Of a stretch of 64,000 nucleotides of DNA, positions 9,368 to 20,328 are shown piece after piece; position 1 is the stretch's first letter; the number at the start of each line of letters is the position of its first letter. Below the pieces are notes generated by a model. The model was not told where the DNA came from. It ran no database searches and saw only the letters and a program-made list of their open reading frames with translations. The stretch is from Candidatus Poribacteria bacterium (GTDB lineage: Bacteria; Poribacteria; WGA-4E; WGA-3G), in the NCBI GenBank assembly GCA_965215265.1, contig OZ244048.1, positions 2,048,001-2,112,000 of the forward strand, written 5' to 3'. The translations under genes and the position numbers were made by a program.

Positions 9368-10440
9368 TCCGAAAAACCTTCTTTCAGTTTCTGTGCTTGA
9401 TCTACGGTTGTTAACCGATCAATGAAAGCCCGTAAATCACCGTCCAAAACGGCATCCAATTGGTACGAACTAAATTGGATGCGATGGTCGGTTACGCGAG
9501 ATTGTGGGAAGTTGTAGGTGCGAATTTTCTCGCTTCTGTCGCCGCTCCCTACCATAGAGCGCCGCGTTTCCGCCCGCTCACTGTTGAGCTCTGCCTGTTT
9601 TCTCTCGTGGAGTCGTGCACGAAGGATTTTCATGGCCTTCGAGCGGTTTTTGTGCTGTGATTTCTCGTCTTGGCAAGTTACAATCAGCCCTGTCGGTAGA
9701 TGCGTAATCCGAATGGCGGAGTCGGTTGTGTTAACGCTCTGTCCACCTGGGCCGGAGGATCGGTAGGTATCAATCCGTAATTCGGTGGCTTCATCGATAA
9801 CCAGATCGAGCTCAGCAGCTTCAGGCAGCACAGCCACGGTTGCTGCAGAGGTGTGTATCCGTCCACTCGCCTCTGTTGCAGGAATGCGTTGAACGCGATG
9901 AATGCCGCCTTCATACTTGAGTCGGCTATACGCGCCGGCACCGGCAACCGAGAACACAACCTCTTTAAAGCCTTTTAGCCCTGTCGCATTCGCGCTGAGC
10001 AGCTCCAGTTTCCAATTTTGACGTTCAGCGTAGCGAGTGTACATCCGAAAGAGTTCTGCAGCGAACAAACTCGCTTCTTCGCCCCCCGTACCCGCTCGAA
10101 TCTCAATGATCACGTTCTTTTCATCGTTCGGATCTCTCGGGATAAGTAGGAGTTTGAGCGCCTCTGAGAGCGTCTCTTTTTGGGTACTCAGGCTCTCCAG
10201 CTCTTCTTGTGCCAATCCGATCATTTCAGTATCTGTCTCGGACTCAATGAGGACGTGCGTCTCCTCTATCGCCGATTCTAGCTGCTGGTACTCCTGATAG
10301 GTAGACACGATTGGAGAGAGCTCTGCGTGCGTTTTGGAAAGTTCCATTAATCGCTGTTGATTTGAGATTTGCCCCGGATCGCCTAAAGCTCTTTCGACTT
10401 CGGCATATTTGGTTTCAATCTCCTTTAGTTTTTCAAACAT
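9364..10440 (-). CDS. prfA: Peptide chain release factor 1
   Basis: EIRAGTGGEEA, HRVQRIPATE (PxT), GPGGQSVNTTDSA. Confidence 0.97.
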   Translation of the reverse strand: MFEKLKEIETKYAEVERALGDPGQISNQQRLMELSKTHAELSPIVSTYQEYQQLESAIEETHVLIESETDTEMIGLAQEELESLSTQKETLSEALKLLLIPRDPNDEKNVIIEIRAGTGGEEASLFAAELFRMYTRYAERQNWKLELLSANATGLKGFKEVVFSVAGAGAYSRLKYEGGIHRVQRIPATEASGRIHTSAATVAVLPEAAELDLVIDEATELRIDTYRSSGPGGQSVNTTDSAIRITHLPTGLIVTCQDEKSQHKNRSKAMKILRARLHERKQAELNSERAETRRSMVGSGDRSEKIRTYNFPQSRVTDHRIQFSSYQLDAVLDGDLRAFIDRLTTVDQAQKLKEGFSE

Positions 10441-10626
10441 TTTCTGCTTCGGTATCTACCCTGAATTTGGGTTCAACCTTTTTCCTTGGCGCTTCCGTTA
10501 AACAAACAAATTTTGTAGGCTCGCGCTGGGTATAGTGGTGGCTACTGACTATCGTGCGTCGTTTGCAAGCACGCGATCAATAGTCACGTCAAAACAAACG
10601 TTTTGGAGTACGATACGCTAAAAATT

Positions 10627-10839
10627 CTATTTATCATCGGTAATGCCGTAGCGGCGTCTAAAACTTTCAACGCGCCCGGCTGTATCAATGAACCGTGCTT
10701 GTTGCCCCGTGTAAAACGGATGGCATTTGCTACAAATATCCACACGCATCTGGGGCCGAATGGCGAGCGTGTTATGGGTTGCCCCACAGATGCACGTGAT
10801 AACACTCTCCACCATCTCAGGATGAATTTCAGGTTTCAT
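10627..10839 (-). CDS. rpmE: 50S ribosomal protein L31 (zinc-binding form)
   Basis: MKPEIHP...CICG...[12 protein letters not shown]...GRVESF. Confidence 0.95.
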   Translation of the reverse strand: MKPEIHPEMVESVITCICGATHNTLAIRPQMRVDICSKCHPFYTGQQARFIDTAGRVESFRRRYGITDDK

Positions 10840-10974
10840 GAAATAGATTCTCCGTCCTTTATTTTTCCTAGTGAGCATAGGCTGCCACGGAGCGCAGCGT
10901 TCACAAGGGTTTACTGTGATAATAGACTCAAATGAATTTACGACGATCGCCTGAGCTCACGTTTATACCAGTTT

Positions 10975-12291
10975 TTACCGGGAATTAGCTCGGGCAGATG
11001 CCTTTTGCGGTGTAGTCCCTACCATCATCTGAAGAAACTCTTCATTCGTCTTCGTCTTGCCAAATTGTTCAACCAGCAGTTCTAAGGATTCTGCGGTGTT
11101 CATCTGACTCATGAACTTACGTAAGACCCAGACTTTGTTAAGCACATCGGGGGCTAATAAGAGCTCTTCCCGCCGCGTTTTTGACTTCTCAATGTTAATG
11201 GAAGGGAAAATCCGGCGATCGAACAGTGAACGTTCCAAATGAATTTCCATGTTGGCAGTCCCCTTGAATTCTTCATAGATATACTCGTCGCCGCGACTCT
11301 CTGTATCAACGAGAACGGATGCGATAATCGTTAGGCTCCCGCCTTCTTCAAACTTCCGGGCCGCACCGCAGAATTGACGTGGTTTTACGAATGCCATAGC
11401 ATCCAGTCCACCGCTTAATGTCTTCCCGCTGTGAGGTGCCATCAAATTATGGGCCCGTGCGAGCCGCGTCATACTGTCTAATAAAATGACAACATCTTTG
11501 CCGAATTCAACCAACCGCTTGGCTTTTTCAATGACCATCTCTGCTACTTGGATGTGCCGCTCAGGATGCTCATCAAAGGTAGAACTAATCACTTCACCAT
11601 TGACAGAACGAGCCACATCTGTCACTTCTTCCGGACGCTCATCAATCAAAAGAAAGATCAGGATGACTTCCGGATGGTTTGCTTCAATGCCTGCGGCAAT
11701 GTTCTTCAAAAGCGTCGTCTTGCCGCTGAAAGGCGGGGCCACAATCAGCCCGCGCTGCCCTCTACCAATTGGTGAGACCAAATCGACGATACGTGTCGCG
11801 TATTCTGTCGGCTTATGTTCTAGCTTGAACTTTTGATAAGGATGAATCGGTATCAGATTATCAAAGAGAATTTTCTGTTTGACAGTCTCTGGGGATTCAC
11901 CGTTTACCTTCTCAATTTGCAACATCGCGAAATAACGTTCCGCCTTGTTTTCCGTCTTTTTCGGTGGACGAATAATCCCTTCAACGACATGACCTGTCTG
12001 AAGATCGAACCTCCGAATCTGAGAGGACGAGACATAAATGTCTTCATTGCTCTGCAAATAATTAGAACGTGATGAGCGCAGGAACCCGTAGCGTTGATCC
12101 CGGTCTTCGAGGATTTCTAGAACGCCCCCGCCATAAAATTGGGTGTCACCGTCTGCTTTTGCTTCTATAATTTGGCTAATCAAATCCTCTTTCCGAAGTC
12201 CGGCATATTCTCCAAGGCCGAATTCGAGGGCAAGGTTTTTGAGTTCTGTGAACCCCATTTCTTGGAGCTTGCCAATGTCCAAGCTCGTCAT
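10975..12291 (-). CDS. rho: Transcription termination factor Rho
   Basis: [50 protein letters not shown]. Confidence 0.97.
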   Translation of the reverse strand: MTSLDIGKLQEMGFTELKNLALEFGLGEYAGLRKEDLISQIIEAKADGDTQFYGGGVLEILEDRDQRYGFLRSSRSNYLQSNEDIYVSSSQIRRFDLQTGHVVEGIIRPPKKTENKAERYFAMLQIEKVNGESPETVKQKILFDNLIPIHPYQKFKLEHKPTEYATRIVDLVSPIGRGQRGLIVAPPFSGKTTLLKNIAAGIEANHPEVILIFLLIDERPEEVTDVARSVNGEVISSTFDEHPERHIQVAEMVIEKAKRLVEFGKDVVILLDSMTRLARAHNLMAPHSGKTLSGGLDAMAFVKPRQFCGAARKFEEGGSLTIIASVLVDTESRGDEYIYEEFKGTANMEIHLERSLFDRRIFPSINIEKSKTRREELLLAPDVLNKVWVLRKFMSQMNTAESLELLVEQFGKTKTNEEFLQMMVGTTPQKASARANSR

Positions 12292-12543
12292 AATTTCAAA
12301 TACTCCTCATTAGGTTACCCTGATTCCAAATAGACAACACTCTGAAAAACGAATCGTGCCGGTCGCATGTCACTAAGAATGGAAGATTTTTAGCAGCATG
12401 AAGTCAGAGAAGAGAATCAAGGTGGATTTCATCCTACCCTACGACAGGGCAGGATTCAATTCGTTAGATTTTCCGTATTGTGACGCGTCCACGCGTCTAT
12501 TACAAGCCCGATGAATTCCGGCTTCAGGAGTATATCAATACTA

Positions 12544-12572
12544 ATTATACCGAATTCATGAGAAAATTGCAA
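12544..12572 (-). promoter_or_regulatory. Sigma70-like promoter of rho, giving a ~245 nt leader
   Basis: Minus strand TTGCAA-17 nt-TATAAT. Confidence 0.65.
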
Positions 12573-12575
12573 TTT

Positions 12576-14543
12576 TTATTCTTCGCCGGGTCCTTGCAAA
12601 TTTTTAAGACGCCGCTGAACGTTTTGGTTATAGCGGTTCGTCTCTAAAAAACTTTTCCATAAAGTTATCGCATCATCATTGTAGCCTTGTGAAACATAGT
12701 AGTCTCCCAATGCTAAAACGGCGGTATCAGATAACGGATCTTTTTCAATTGCTTTTTTGAAAGCCGCAATAGCTTTTTCACCATCGCCACTCAGAACTGC
12801 GAGCTCCGCTCTGCCATACGGAATTAACGCGTGTTCAGGATATTCAGTCTCCAATTCATCAATGAGTTGCTGTGCCTCCTCCATGCCTCTCACGTGGAAG
12901 GTTGCACGCGCAGCAAGAACACTCAGATACACGATTTGATGGCGGAGCTCCCGTTTCTCGGTACTACTCTCCGATTTCTTCAAAAACCGTTTCGCCGTTC
13001 TGGCAGCGGCTCTATACTTTGATCGCGCTTGGACATAGTTATCATATTTATAACAGAGATCCCCAAGGGTCTTTGAACCTATGTAACTATCGCTTTTTGC
13101 ATCAACGAGATCTTGAAAAATCCCAGCGGCCTTTCGCTCCTTCAAACGGTAGTGCAGCACCTCCGCGAGACTTTGCAAGGCATCCATATTCCCTGTATTG
13201 GCGGCAACAGAACGTTCCAAGGCTTCGCGCTCCTTTTCAGGCTCCCCTAACTTTTTGTGGGCAAGTGCTATCAGCCAGTATACCTCAGAATCTTTGTTCC
13301 GGTTGAGGCCAACAACCGAGTTATACGTTTCGATCGCTTTCTCGTATTCTTCATTGGTATATTGATTACGGGCAGTACTAATCACTGCCTCAACCACACC
13401 ACTATCGCGGCGTGCAGCTTTTTTGAGTACCTCTTTTGCCCGTTGATGCATGCCGACTTTGCGGTAGCAAACCGAGAGTTTGAGGTAGCTGTAAGGGTCT
13501 ATTTTCTCACTGTTCGCCTCGGCCCGCGTGATCGCGTCGTAGTACAACGCCCCTGCGTCGCGGTAACTCTCATCGCCATAGAAGAAGTTCGCAATCATTA
13601 GTTCTGCATCGTGGTAACTTCCTTGATCATCGCCAACAATAGCTGTCTGGCCACCAAAACTGCGCATCACCTCTGACGCGCTCACCCCGAACCCTGAATC
13701 CGCAATTTGGATGTCCACATTGCCCATTGCACGGCTCCGTTCGACCCCCCCGCGCGGCCGGTCTAGCTCGCGCCGTGCCTCTTGTCTCGCCAACGCCCTA
13801 CCGTACTGGGTTGAGAGCGGATCGTCGGGTGTCGGGATACTCGCGTTCAGTGCCTTGAGCTCTTCCTTCGCTTTTTCAATCTCTTTCTCGGTACCTTCAA
13901 CCTTCCCATATCTTTTTACAAGGGATTGATACGTCCGCTTCGCCTCGTCCTCATTCTTGAGATGCTCGCGCTGGATACGTGCTTTATTAGCGATGGCCTG
14001 CGCTGCACGCTCACTACGCGGGTTGCGGTTGGCGAAATTATCGAAAACCTCAACGGCTTGTTCAAATTCTTGGGATTCTTCGTAGCTTTTTGCTAACATG
14101 AGTTGTGCATTATGACTCAACTCCAACTGTGGAAATCGGTTCACAATTGTGTCAAATTGGATTTGCGCCGTTTTAAAATCTTTCTCTCTATAATAGTGCA
14201 TGCCGAGCCGATAGTGGGCTTCAGCCGCCTGATCGCTTTCCGGTGCCTCCGCGATGATCGCCTCGTAGGCTTTAACGCCAGCTGCCGGTTGATTCAACCG
14301 TTCAATTGAGAGTTTACCGATAGCAAGTTGTGCTTCCCGTGCTTCAACGGTGCCGGGTTTGGAATCCGCAATGCTTTGATAAATCTCAATAGCACCTCGA
14401 TAGTCTTTCGCTTCAACTAATTTTTCCGCATTCCTCGCGGCTCCGCCGCCAAGGCAACCAAACTGGGGCAGCGTGAGTAGCATAATCATTAATATAGCCG
14501 GTAAATATCCTTTAGCAAGCAGTCCATGACTGATAAACTTCAT
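12576..14543 (-). CDS. Tetratricopeptide repeat lipoprotein (BamD/CpoB-like N-terminal region)
   Basis: FGC lipobox-like signal; many TPRs (AEAHYRLG, AQLMLAKSY); AGGAGA RBS before ATG 14543. Confidence 0.8.
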   Translation of the reverse strand: MKFISHGLLAKGYLPAILMIMLLTLPQFGCLGGGAARNAEKLVEAKDYRGAIEIYQSIADSKPGTVEAREAQLAIGKLSIERLNQPAAGVKAYEAIIAEAPESDQAAEAHYRLGMHYYREKDFKTAQIQFDTIVNRFPQLELSHNAQLMLAKSYEESQEFEQAVEVFDNFANRNPRSERAAQAIANKARIQREHLKNEDEAKRTYQSLVKRYGKVEGTEKEIEKAKEELKALNASIPTPDDPLSTQYGRALARQEARRELDRPRGGVERSRAMGNVDIQIADSGFGVSASEVMRSFGGQTAIVGDDQGSYHDAELMIANFFYGDESYRDAGALYYDAITRAEANSEKIDPYSYLKLSVCYRKVGMHQRAKEVLKKAARRDSGVVEAVISTARNQYTNEEYEKAIETYNSVVGLNRNKDSEVYWLIALAHKKLGEPEKEREALERSVAANTGNMDALQSLAEVLHYRLKERKAAGIFQDLVDAKSDSYIGSKTLGDLCYKYDNYVQARSKYRAAARTAKRFLKKSESSTEKRELRHQIVYLSVLAARATFHVRGMEEAQQLIDELETEYPEHALIPYGRAELAVLSGDGEKAIAAFKKAIEKDPLSDTAVLALGDYYVSQGYNDDAITLWKSFLETNRYNQNVQRRLKNLQGPGEE

Positions 14544-14585
14544 GCGTTTTCTCCTTCTATCAGTGCTTATTGGCATCCAGTTCTC

Positions 14586-15719
14586 CTAATACATCTTCTT
14601 AGATGCACATTCGTTAATGAGAGTTAACACAGTTTCTCGACTATACCCTTCTTTTTGAATAATAGCATCGCAATCCACTCTATTTTTCGCATCGGGTCCA
14701 CGGCCCGCCTCAAGAATCGAGTTGGTTAGCCAACTGGTTCGCACGCCATTGATGCCGGAGGTGTAGTTGGTATCGTAGTCGCCTTTGACTAAACCGACGA
14801 GCTGGTCTATTTTGTTGTTAGGATAGCCAACCGGGCGGGGATACTCAAGCGCTTTTGCCTCACCGCCCTTGGGTATGTAACGGATGCCGTTTTTAATTTC
14901 AATAGTGCCCTCATCCCCTTCAAGAATCACCCACTCTTCAAAACCGACGCGGGTATTGCCTAGGATAGTGATAGTCCCTTTAGCACCATTATCCAACGTT
15001 ACGTCGGAGTAGGAATTAATCTCAACGAATTTAGGGACAAGATTTCCATCTTCATCCTCAAATTTCTTGTCCGTTGTTCCGTAAACTTCAGCCGGTAGTG
15101 CAGAGGTCATCCACAAAAAGATATCTTGTAGGTGGCTTCCGGAGTCGTTTGGCTGGCCACCACCGGAAAATCTCGCATCTCCACGCCATCCACCGGCTCC
15201 CCAACGTTGCGCCATATAAACTTCAAATCTCTGTAGGTTTCCGATAAGCCCTTCCGCAATTGCTCGTCTGGCGGCCATGTAGGTACTTTCATAATGCCGT
15301 TGGTAGCCGCCGACAAGGTGCAAACCACTCCCCAAGGCGATTTTCGTCACCGCGATAGCATCACCTACAATATTCGCCATCGGTTTCTCTACGATAACAT
15401 GACAGCCTGCCCGAAGGGCATACTTCACATGTATATCGTGAAGTGAATGGGGAGAGAAAACACCGACGATGTCCAGGTCTTCGTGATTGAGCATCTCTAC
15501 AAATTCGTACTCACCAACGTAACGTTTGAAACTATTAGGTTGATAACCCTCAACACGTTCATTGAGTGCGTTCTCTAAAACGTCCAGGCTCCCTTCGTTG
15601 TTATCCGCAGCAGCAACGACTGCGGCATCGTCGCGCGTCGCGAATCCAAGGGTATTGCCACGCCCAGCACCGCCAGGGCCGATAACCCCAACTCTTAAAA
15701 TATCGTTTTTATTTCTCAT
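14586..15719 (-). CDS. Gfo/Idh/MocA family oxidoreductase
   Basis: RVGVIGPGG, HVIVEKPM, GGG..DSGSHLQD. Confidence 0.9.
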   Translation of the reverse strand: MRNKNDILRVGVIGPGGAGRGNTLGFATRDDAAVVAAADNNEGSLDVLENALNERVEGYQPNSFKRYVGEYEFVEMLNHEDLDIVGVFSPHSLHDIHVKYALRAGCHVIVEKPMANIVGDAIAVTKIALGSGLHLVGGYQRHYESTYMAARRAIAEGLIGNLQRFEVYMAQRWGAGGWRGDARFSGGGQPNDSGSHLQDIFLWMTSALPAEVYGTTDKKFEDEDGNLVPKFVEINSYSDVTLDNGAKGTITILGNTRVGFEEWVILEGDEGTIEIKNGIRYIPKGGEAKALEYPRPVGYPNNKIDQLVGLVKGDYDTNYTSGINGVRTSWLTNSILEAGRGPDAKNRVDCDAIIQKEGYSRETVLTLINECASKKMY

Positions 15720-15866
15720 CGTTAAGGTACTCCTTGTCACCGAAAACACAAAAATCAACCACCTCTACTACACTTTGCCTATAAGAACACGATTAGCTTT
15801 TGCTAGGACAAGCACCAACCGTGCTGCGATTACCTTGCACCTTGCATTCTCATGCTAGCTTGCAAA

Positions 15867-16637
15867 TTACGGTTTAAAAAGGCGGAAGAGTTTTTTCACC
15901 GGATCATAGAATTCGTCTACAACGCGCTCTTTGAGGGGGATAATCGCATTGTCCGTAATCGTAATATGTTCTGGACATACCTTCGTGCAACATTTTGTGA
16001 TGTTACAATACCCGATTCCGTCGGAATTTTTCAGTTCAGCGAGGCGATTCTCGGTGTCAATGGGATGCATCTCCAGCGATGCCGCATAGACAAAAAACCG
16101 AGGGCCGATGAACTCTTCATGGAGCTCGTGTTCGCGCAGCACATGGCACACATCTTGGCATAAGAAACACTCAATGCACTTCCGGAATTCTTGGACATGA
16201 TCAATATCTTCCTGCGCCATGCGCCATGTTCCATCTTCAGCATCCGGTTCCCGCGGTGTAAACGGTTTAATCTTCTGTTTAACCTTAAAGTTCCACGACA
16301 CATCCGTGACGAGATCTTTAATGAGTGGGAACGCACGCATCGGTTCTAAGGTTATCGGTTCGTCAACCGGAAAATCGCTCATCCGCGTCATACACAATAG
16401 CCTAGGATTTCCATTGATTTCGGCGGAACAGGAACCACACTTTCCAGCCTTACAATTCCATCGGACTGCCAAATCATTTGCCTGCTCCGCTTGTATGCGG
16501 TGAACGGCATCAAGCACTACCATGCCTTCAGAAACGTCAGTCTCGTAATCAACGAATTGAGCACCGTTGGCATCACCGCGCCAGATTCTAAAGGTTGTTT
16601 TTGCCATCTTCGTATTTTTCCCCTCGCTTTTAGCCAA
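15867..16637 (-). CDS. sdhB: Succinate dehydrogenase/fumarate reductase iron-sulfur subunit
   Basis: CKAGKCGSC, CIECFLCQDVC, CNITKCCTKVCP. Confidence 0.92.
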   Translation of the reverse strand: MAKSEGKNTKMAKTTFRIWRGDANGAQFVDYETDVSEGMVVLDAVHRIQAEQANDLAVRWNCKAGKCGSCSAEINGNPRLLCMTRMSDFPVDEPITLEPMRAFPLIKDLVTDVSWNFKVKQKIKPFTPREPDAEDGTWRMAQEDIDHVQEFRKCIECFLCQDVCHVLREHELHEEFIGPRFFVYAASLEMHPIDTENRLAELKNSDGIGYCNITKCCTKVCPEHITITDNAIIPLKERVVDEFYDPVKKLFRLFKP

Positions 16638-18459
16638 TCTCTTCTATAATTTCCTGTAAATCCGACCGCAGCTCAGGTACAGGTTCGCGCCGAATCATCA
16701 TCGTGCCATCATTTGCTTTTTGGACAATAGTATTGTACTTCACAGCCCCCGGTTCTTCTTTCTCGGGATAATCATCGCGTGAGTGCGCGCCGATGCTCGC
16801 TCTACGTTCAAGAGCCGCTAAGGCAATTGCCTCTGATACCGTCAGAAGACTGTCAAGGTCTAGCGCAGTATGCCATCCGGCATTGTACTCACGATTACCG
16901 CTCGCATGAACCTCACGTGTACTCGCTTTTAATGCACGGATTTCCTCCAACGCACGTGTCAGGCTCTCCTCATTCCGCGCGATGCCAACTAAATCTTGCA
17001 TCTTCTCCTGCAGCTGTGCCTGAATTTGGTACGGGTTATCGCCATCAGAGGGGTTATCAAAAGGTTGAAGCACATGCTGTACTATCGTATCAACTTGTTC
17101 TCGGTCAATTTCTGGTACTGCGTTTTCTCTCGAAAACTGTGCAGCGTACTCACCTGCACGCTTCCCGAAAACGAGCAGATCGGAAAGTGAATTCCCGCCA
17201 AGCCGGTTTGCGCCGTGTAATCCTGCGGCGCATTCACCCGCCGCAAATAGCCCTTGAACTGCTGTCATCTGCGAATCAGCATCAACCCGGATGCCACCCA
17301 TGATATAGTGAGTTGTCGGGCCAACCTCCATCGGTTCTGCAGTGATGTCAATATCTGCTAATTCCTTGAACTGATGGTACATGCTGGGCAATTTTCTGCG
17401 GATATGCTCAGCTGCGTTTGGGATTTTTTCTTTGATCCATGCAATATCTAAGAAGACACCTCCGTGTGGACTGCCGCGTCCCTCTTGCACTTCATGTACA
17501 ATGCATCTGGCTACGTGGTCACGGGTTAGGAGCTCCGGGGGGCGCCGGGCATCCCTATCGCCTTGGGTGTACTGCCATCCTTCCTCAGGATTATCCGCGG
17601 TCTGATCGCGGTAGAGTTCAGGGATATCCTCAAACATAAAACGGTTTCCCTCGCTGTTTTTGAGGATGCCGCCTTCACCGCGGACACCTTCGGTGACTAA
17701 AATGCCGCGCACACTCGGCGGCCAAACCATCCCGGTTGGATGGAATTGAACAAATTCCATATCAATTAACTCTGCACCGGCATCGTAAGCGAGCGCATGT
17801 CCATCCCCGGTGTACTCCCAACTATTACTCGTGATTTTGTATGCCTTACCGACACCGCCTGTTGCCAAGACGACGGCTTTCGCTTTAAAAATTTTGAAAC
17901 GTCCCTTTTCACGTTCATATCCAAAAGCACCTGTGATGCGAACGCCATCGCCATCTTGCGAAGTGAGGAGCGCAACGATCGTATGCTCCATGTGTACTTC
18001 TATGCCTTGGTGGATGCCGTGGTCTTGCAGGGCGCGAATCATTTCTAATCCTGTCCTATCCCCAACGTGTGCAAGGCGTGGATATTGGTGCCCACCGAAG
18101 TTTCGTTGTAGAATACTTCCATCTGGTGTCCGATCAAAGAGGGCACCCCACGCCTCAAGTTCCCGTACACAATCCGGTGATTCCTTCGCGTGGAGCTCAC
18201 CCATCCGTGCATTGGAGAGGTACTGCCCACCGCGCATCGTATCCGCAAAATGGACCTTCCAACTGTCTCTTTCGTCAACGTTAGCGAGCGCGGCAGCGAC
18301 ACCACCCTCTGCCATCACAGTGTGTGCTTTACCGAGCAAGGACTTGCAGATAAGGCCAACCGAAACGTTCCCGTTAGCAGCCTCAATTGCAGCGCGCAGT
18401 CCCGCACCACCTGCACCTATTATCAGTACGTCATAATCATAATTCTCATAAGATGCCAC
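16630..18459 (-). CDS. sdhA: Succinate dehydrogenase/fumarate reductase flavoprotein subunit
   Basis: GAGGAG, AHTVMAEGG (covalent FAD His), QFHPT, HYIMGG, HGANRLGGNSL. Confidence 0.93.
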   Translation of the reverse strand: MASYENYDYDVLIIGAGGAGLRAAIEAANGNVSVGLICKSLLGKAHTVMAEGGVAAALANVDERDSWKVHFADTMRGGQYLSNARMGELHAKESPDCVRELEAWGALFDRTPDGSILQRNFGGHQYPRLAHVGDRTGLEMIRALQDHGIHQGIEVHMEHTIVALLTSQDGDGVRITGAFGYEREKGRFKIFKAKAVVLATGGVGKAYKITSNSWEYTGDGHALAYDAGAELIDMEFVQFHPTGMVWPPSVRGILVTEGVRGEGGILKNSEGNRFMFEDIPELYRDQTADNPEEGWQYTQGDRDARRPPELLTRDHVARCIVHEVQEGRGSPHGGVFLDIAWIKEKIPNAAEHIRRKLPSMYHQFKELADIDITAEPMEVGPTTHYIMGGIRVDADSQMTAVQGLFAAGECAAGLHGANRLGGNSLSDLLVFGKRAGEYAAQFSRENAVPEIDREQVDTIVQHVLQPFDNPSDGDNPYQIQAQLQEKMQDLVGIARNEESLTRALEEIRALKASTREVHASGNREYNAGWHTALDLDSLLTVSEAIALAALERRASIGAHSRDDYPEKEEPGAVKYNTIVQKANDGTMMIRREPVPELRSDLQEIIEEIG

Positions 18460-18553
18460 GTGTCTTTATCCTTCTTTGAGCGGTTTCGTTATATTCATTT
18501 CCGAGACAGAATAGGGCACTTAGACTGCCGCTCCGGTGATGTCTCTCTTTTTT

Positions 18554-19354
18554 TTATAGGAGAATCCAATCCTGCCACCCGGTTGTCGCTAAAACGCGTA
18601 CGTAAACATCAGAAAGGGCAACCCAGCAAAGACTCGTCCAGGCCCAGAGCATGTGCCGGCGGTTTAGGCAGCTGATACAGTCATAAGCTTGACGCCGAAC
18701 CGGGGTCTTAGAAAGCAAATCAATAACTCCGCCAACTAGATGGCGCAGCGAGTGGCAACCTAGGGTATATCCCCCTAAAAAGAATACATTCCCCGCTAAA
18801 ATCACAGTACCTATACCGAGGCCGAATGTCTCGCCACCACTCTCATTCTCAAACCACATCGCTTTCCAGACATCATACGCAAGAATGAACAAAAAAATTA
18901 GCGCGAGATATAGGAAATACCGATGAATATTTTGTATAACTAACGGGAACGAATATTCGCCACGATAACCTTTCCGTGGCTCTGACACGCTACAAGAAGG
19001 CGGATCTGCCCAAAAGGCTTTGTAGTAAGCACCACGATAATAGTAGCACGTAAAACGAAAACCTGCAGGCATCCAGAGAATCAGCGCAGCAGGCGAAATC
19101 CACCCCGGCAGCCACGCCGGCATGCTACCAAACCAACTATGTGAGCCAGGTTCATTGCTAAAAAGAAGCGGAGAATAAAACGGAGATAAATACGGACCAT
19201 GAAGGTAGTGAGAACCTTCTAAAACCCGGAACGTCGCGTAAACGATGAACGCGCCTAACCCGAAAAAAACAGCAAGCGGCTGCAACCACCAAGTATCTCG
19301 ACGCTGCGTCTGAAACGGACGGCGGTTGATTAAGGTTAATTCTGGATGTGTCAT
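18554..19354 (-). CDS. Succinate dehydrogenase membrane anchor, mycobacterial Sdh1 (Rv0249c)-like
   Basis: Multi-TM protein upstream of sdhA with FRFTCYYYRGAYY, QNIHRYF, GCHSLRHLVGG, HMLWAW. Confidence 0.75.
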   Translation of the reverse strand: MTHPELTLINRRPFQTQRRDTWWLQPLAVFFGLGAFIVYATFRVLEGSHYLHGPYLSPFYSPLLFSNEPGSHSWFGSMPAWLPGWISPAALILWMPAGFRFTCYYYRGAYYKAFWADPPSCSVSEPRKGYRGEYSFPLVIQNIHRYFLYLALIFLFILAYDVWKAMWFENESGGETFGLGIGTVILAGNVFFLGGYTLGCHSLRHLVGGVIDLLSKTPVRRQAYDCISCLNRRHMLWAWTSLCWVALSDVYVRVLATTGWQDWILL

Positions 19355-19532
19355 ATATGTAAATATCCTTAATGTCTGAATCGAGGATGGACAGGATTAT
19401 AGGATTTTTTTAACATGAAGGCTTGGGTAACTAACTGATGCCCATTCTTAGAGTAGGAACCAACGATGATTGTACTACCCTCTTTGTTACTATTAGGATA
19501 CTATAAATCCACTTTAAATGCAAGATAAAATT

Positions 19533-20273
19533 TTACAAAAAGCGCTTGTGCGTCAACGGTTCCCACCCCAGCAACCTTTTCGCTTTTGAAAGGTTAATCT
19601 CCTTTTGTTCATAATCGCCTGCTATAAATACAGCATTGAACCCCTGGGGCACTGCTGAAATTGCAGCGAGATATGCCCGGGCGAGGTCCTCCTCATCCGT
19701 CCACCAGATATGTACCGACGGAGGCTTCGGCTGGTTTCGCCGCTCAAGCCACTCTGCACGCGTAGATGGACCCGTGATACGCAACCCAATGAGCGACATG
19801 TCGTGTTCCCGCGCAAAATACTCGCAGATTTGCTCACCAAAACCCTTTGTTAAACCGTAAACACCGGGGTTATCCCGCGGCACAACGTCTTCATACGGAA
19901 AATTGTTCCGGGTGCGTTCATGCACAGTAAAGGTACTGGTATAGACAGCGTGACGAATGCCGGCTTCCTTCGCAGCATGTAATACCAGATGGAGCCCTTT
20001 GGCGTTTACGTCATAATTTACGGCAATATCGCCAAAATCTGCTACCGAAGATCTATCGCTAGTCGGACGCTGCATCACCATGTAGACAACCGTATCCATC
20101 CCCTTGATAGCTTCTTGAACAATTGCAGCATCGGTAACGGAACCGCAGATATACTCTACAGATGCATCTTTAGGGGGTGATATATCAAGCACGCGGAATT
20201 CATGATGGGGCTTCATGTAAGGTAACGTCATTGTGCCGACTTTCCCTGAACCCCCGACAAGTAGAACCTTCAT
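19533..20273 (-). CDS. NAD-dependent epimerase/dehydratase (uronate dehydrogenase-like SDR)
   Basis: GGSGKVG, YGLTK. Confidence 0.85.
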   Translation of the reverse strand: MKVLLVGGSGKVGTMTLPYMKPHHEFRVLDISPPKDASVEYICGSVTDAAIVQEAIKGMDTVVYMVMQRPTSDRSSVADFGDIAVNYDVNAKGLHLVLHAAKEAGIRHAVYTSTFTVHERTRNNFPYEDVVPRDNPGVYGLTKGFGEQICEYFAREHDMSLIGLRITGPSTRAEWLERRNQPKPPSVHIWWTDEEDLARAYLAAISAVPQGFNAVFIAGDYEQKEINLSKAKRLLGWEPLTHKRFL

Positions 20274-20328
20274 GATTTATCTCTTCAATATCCTTTTAAT
20301 CAAACTGAACATGCCGCAGCATCTCTAA

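Noticed and set aside
17810-18436. 208 aa plus-strand ORF
   Set aside because: Antisense shadow of sdhA with no recognisable motifs.
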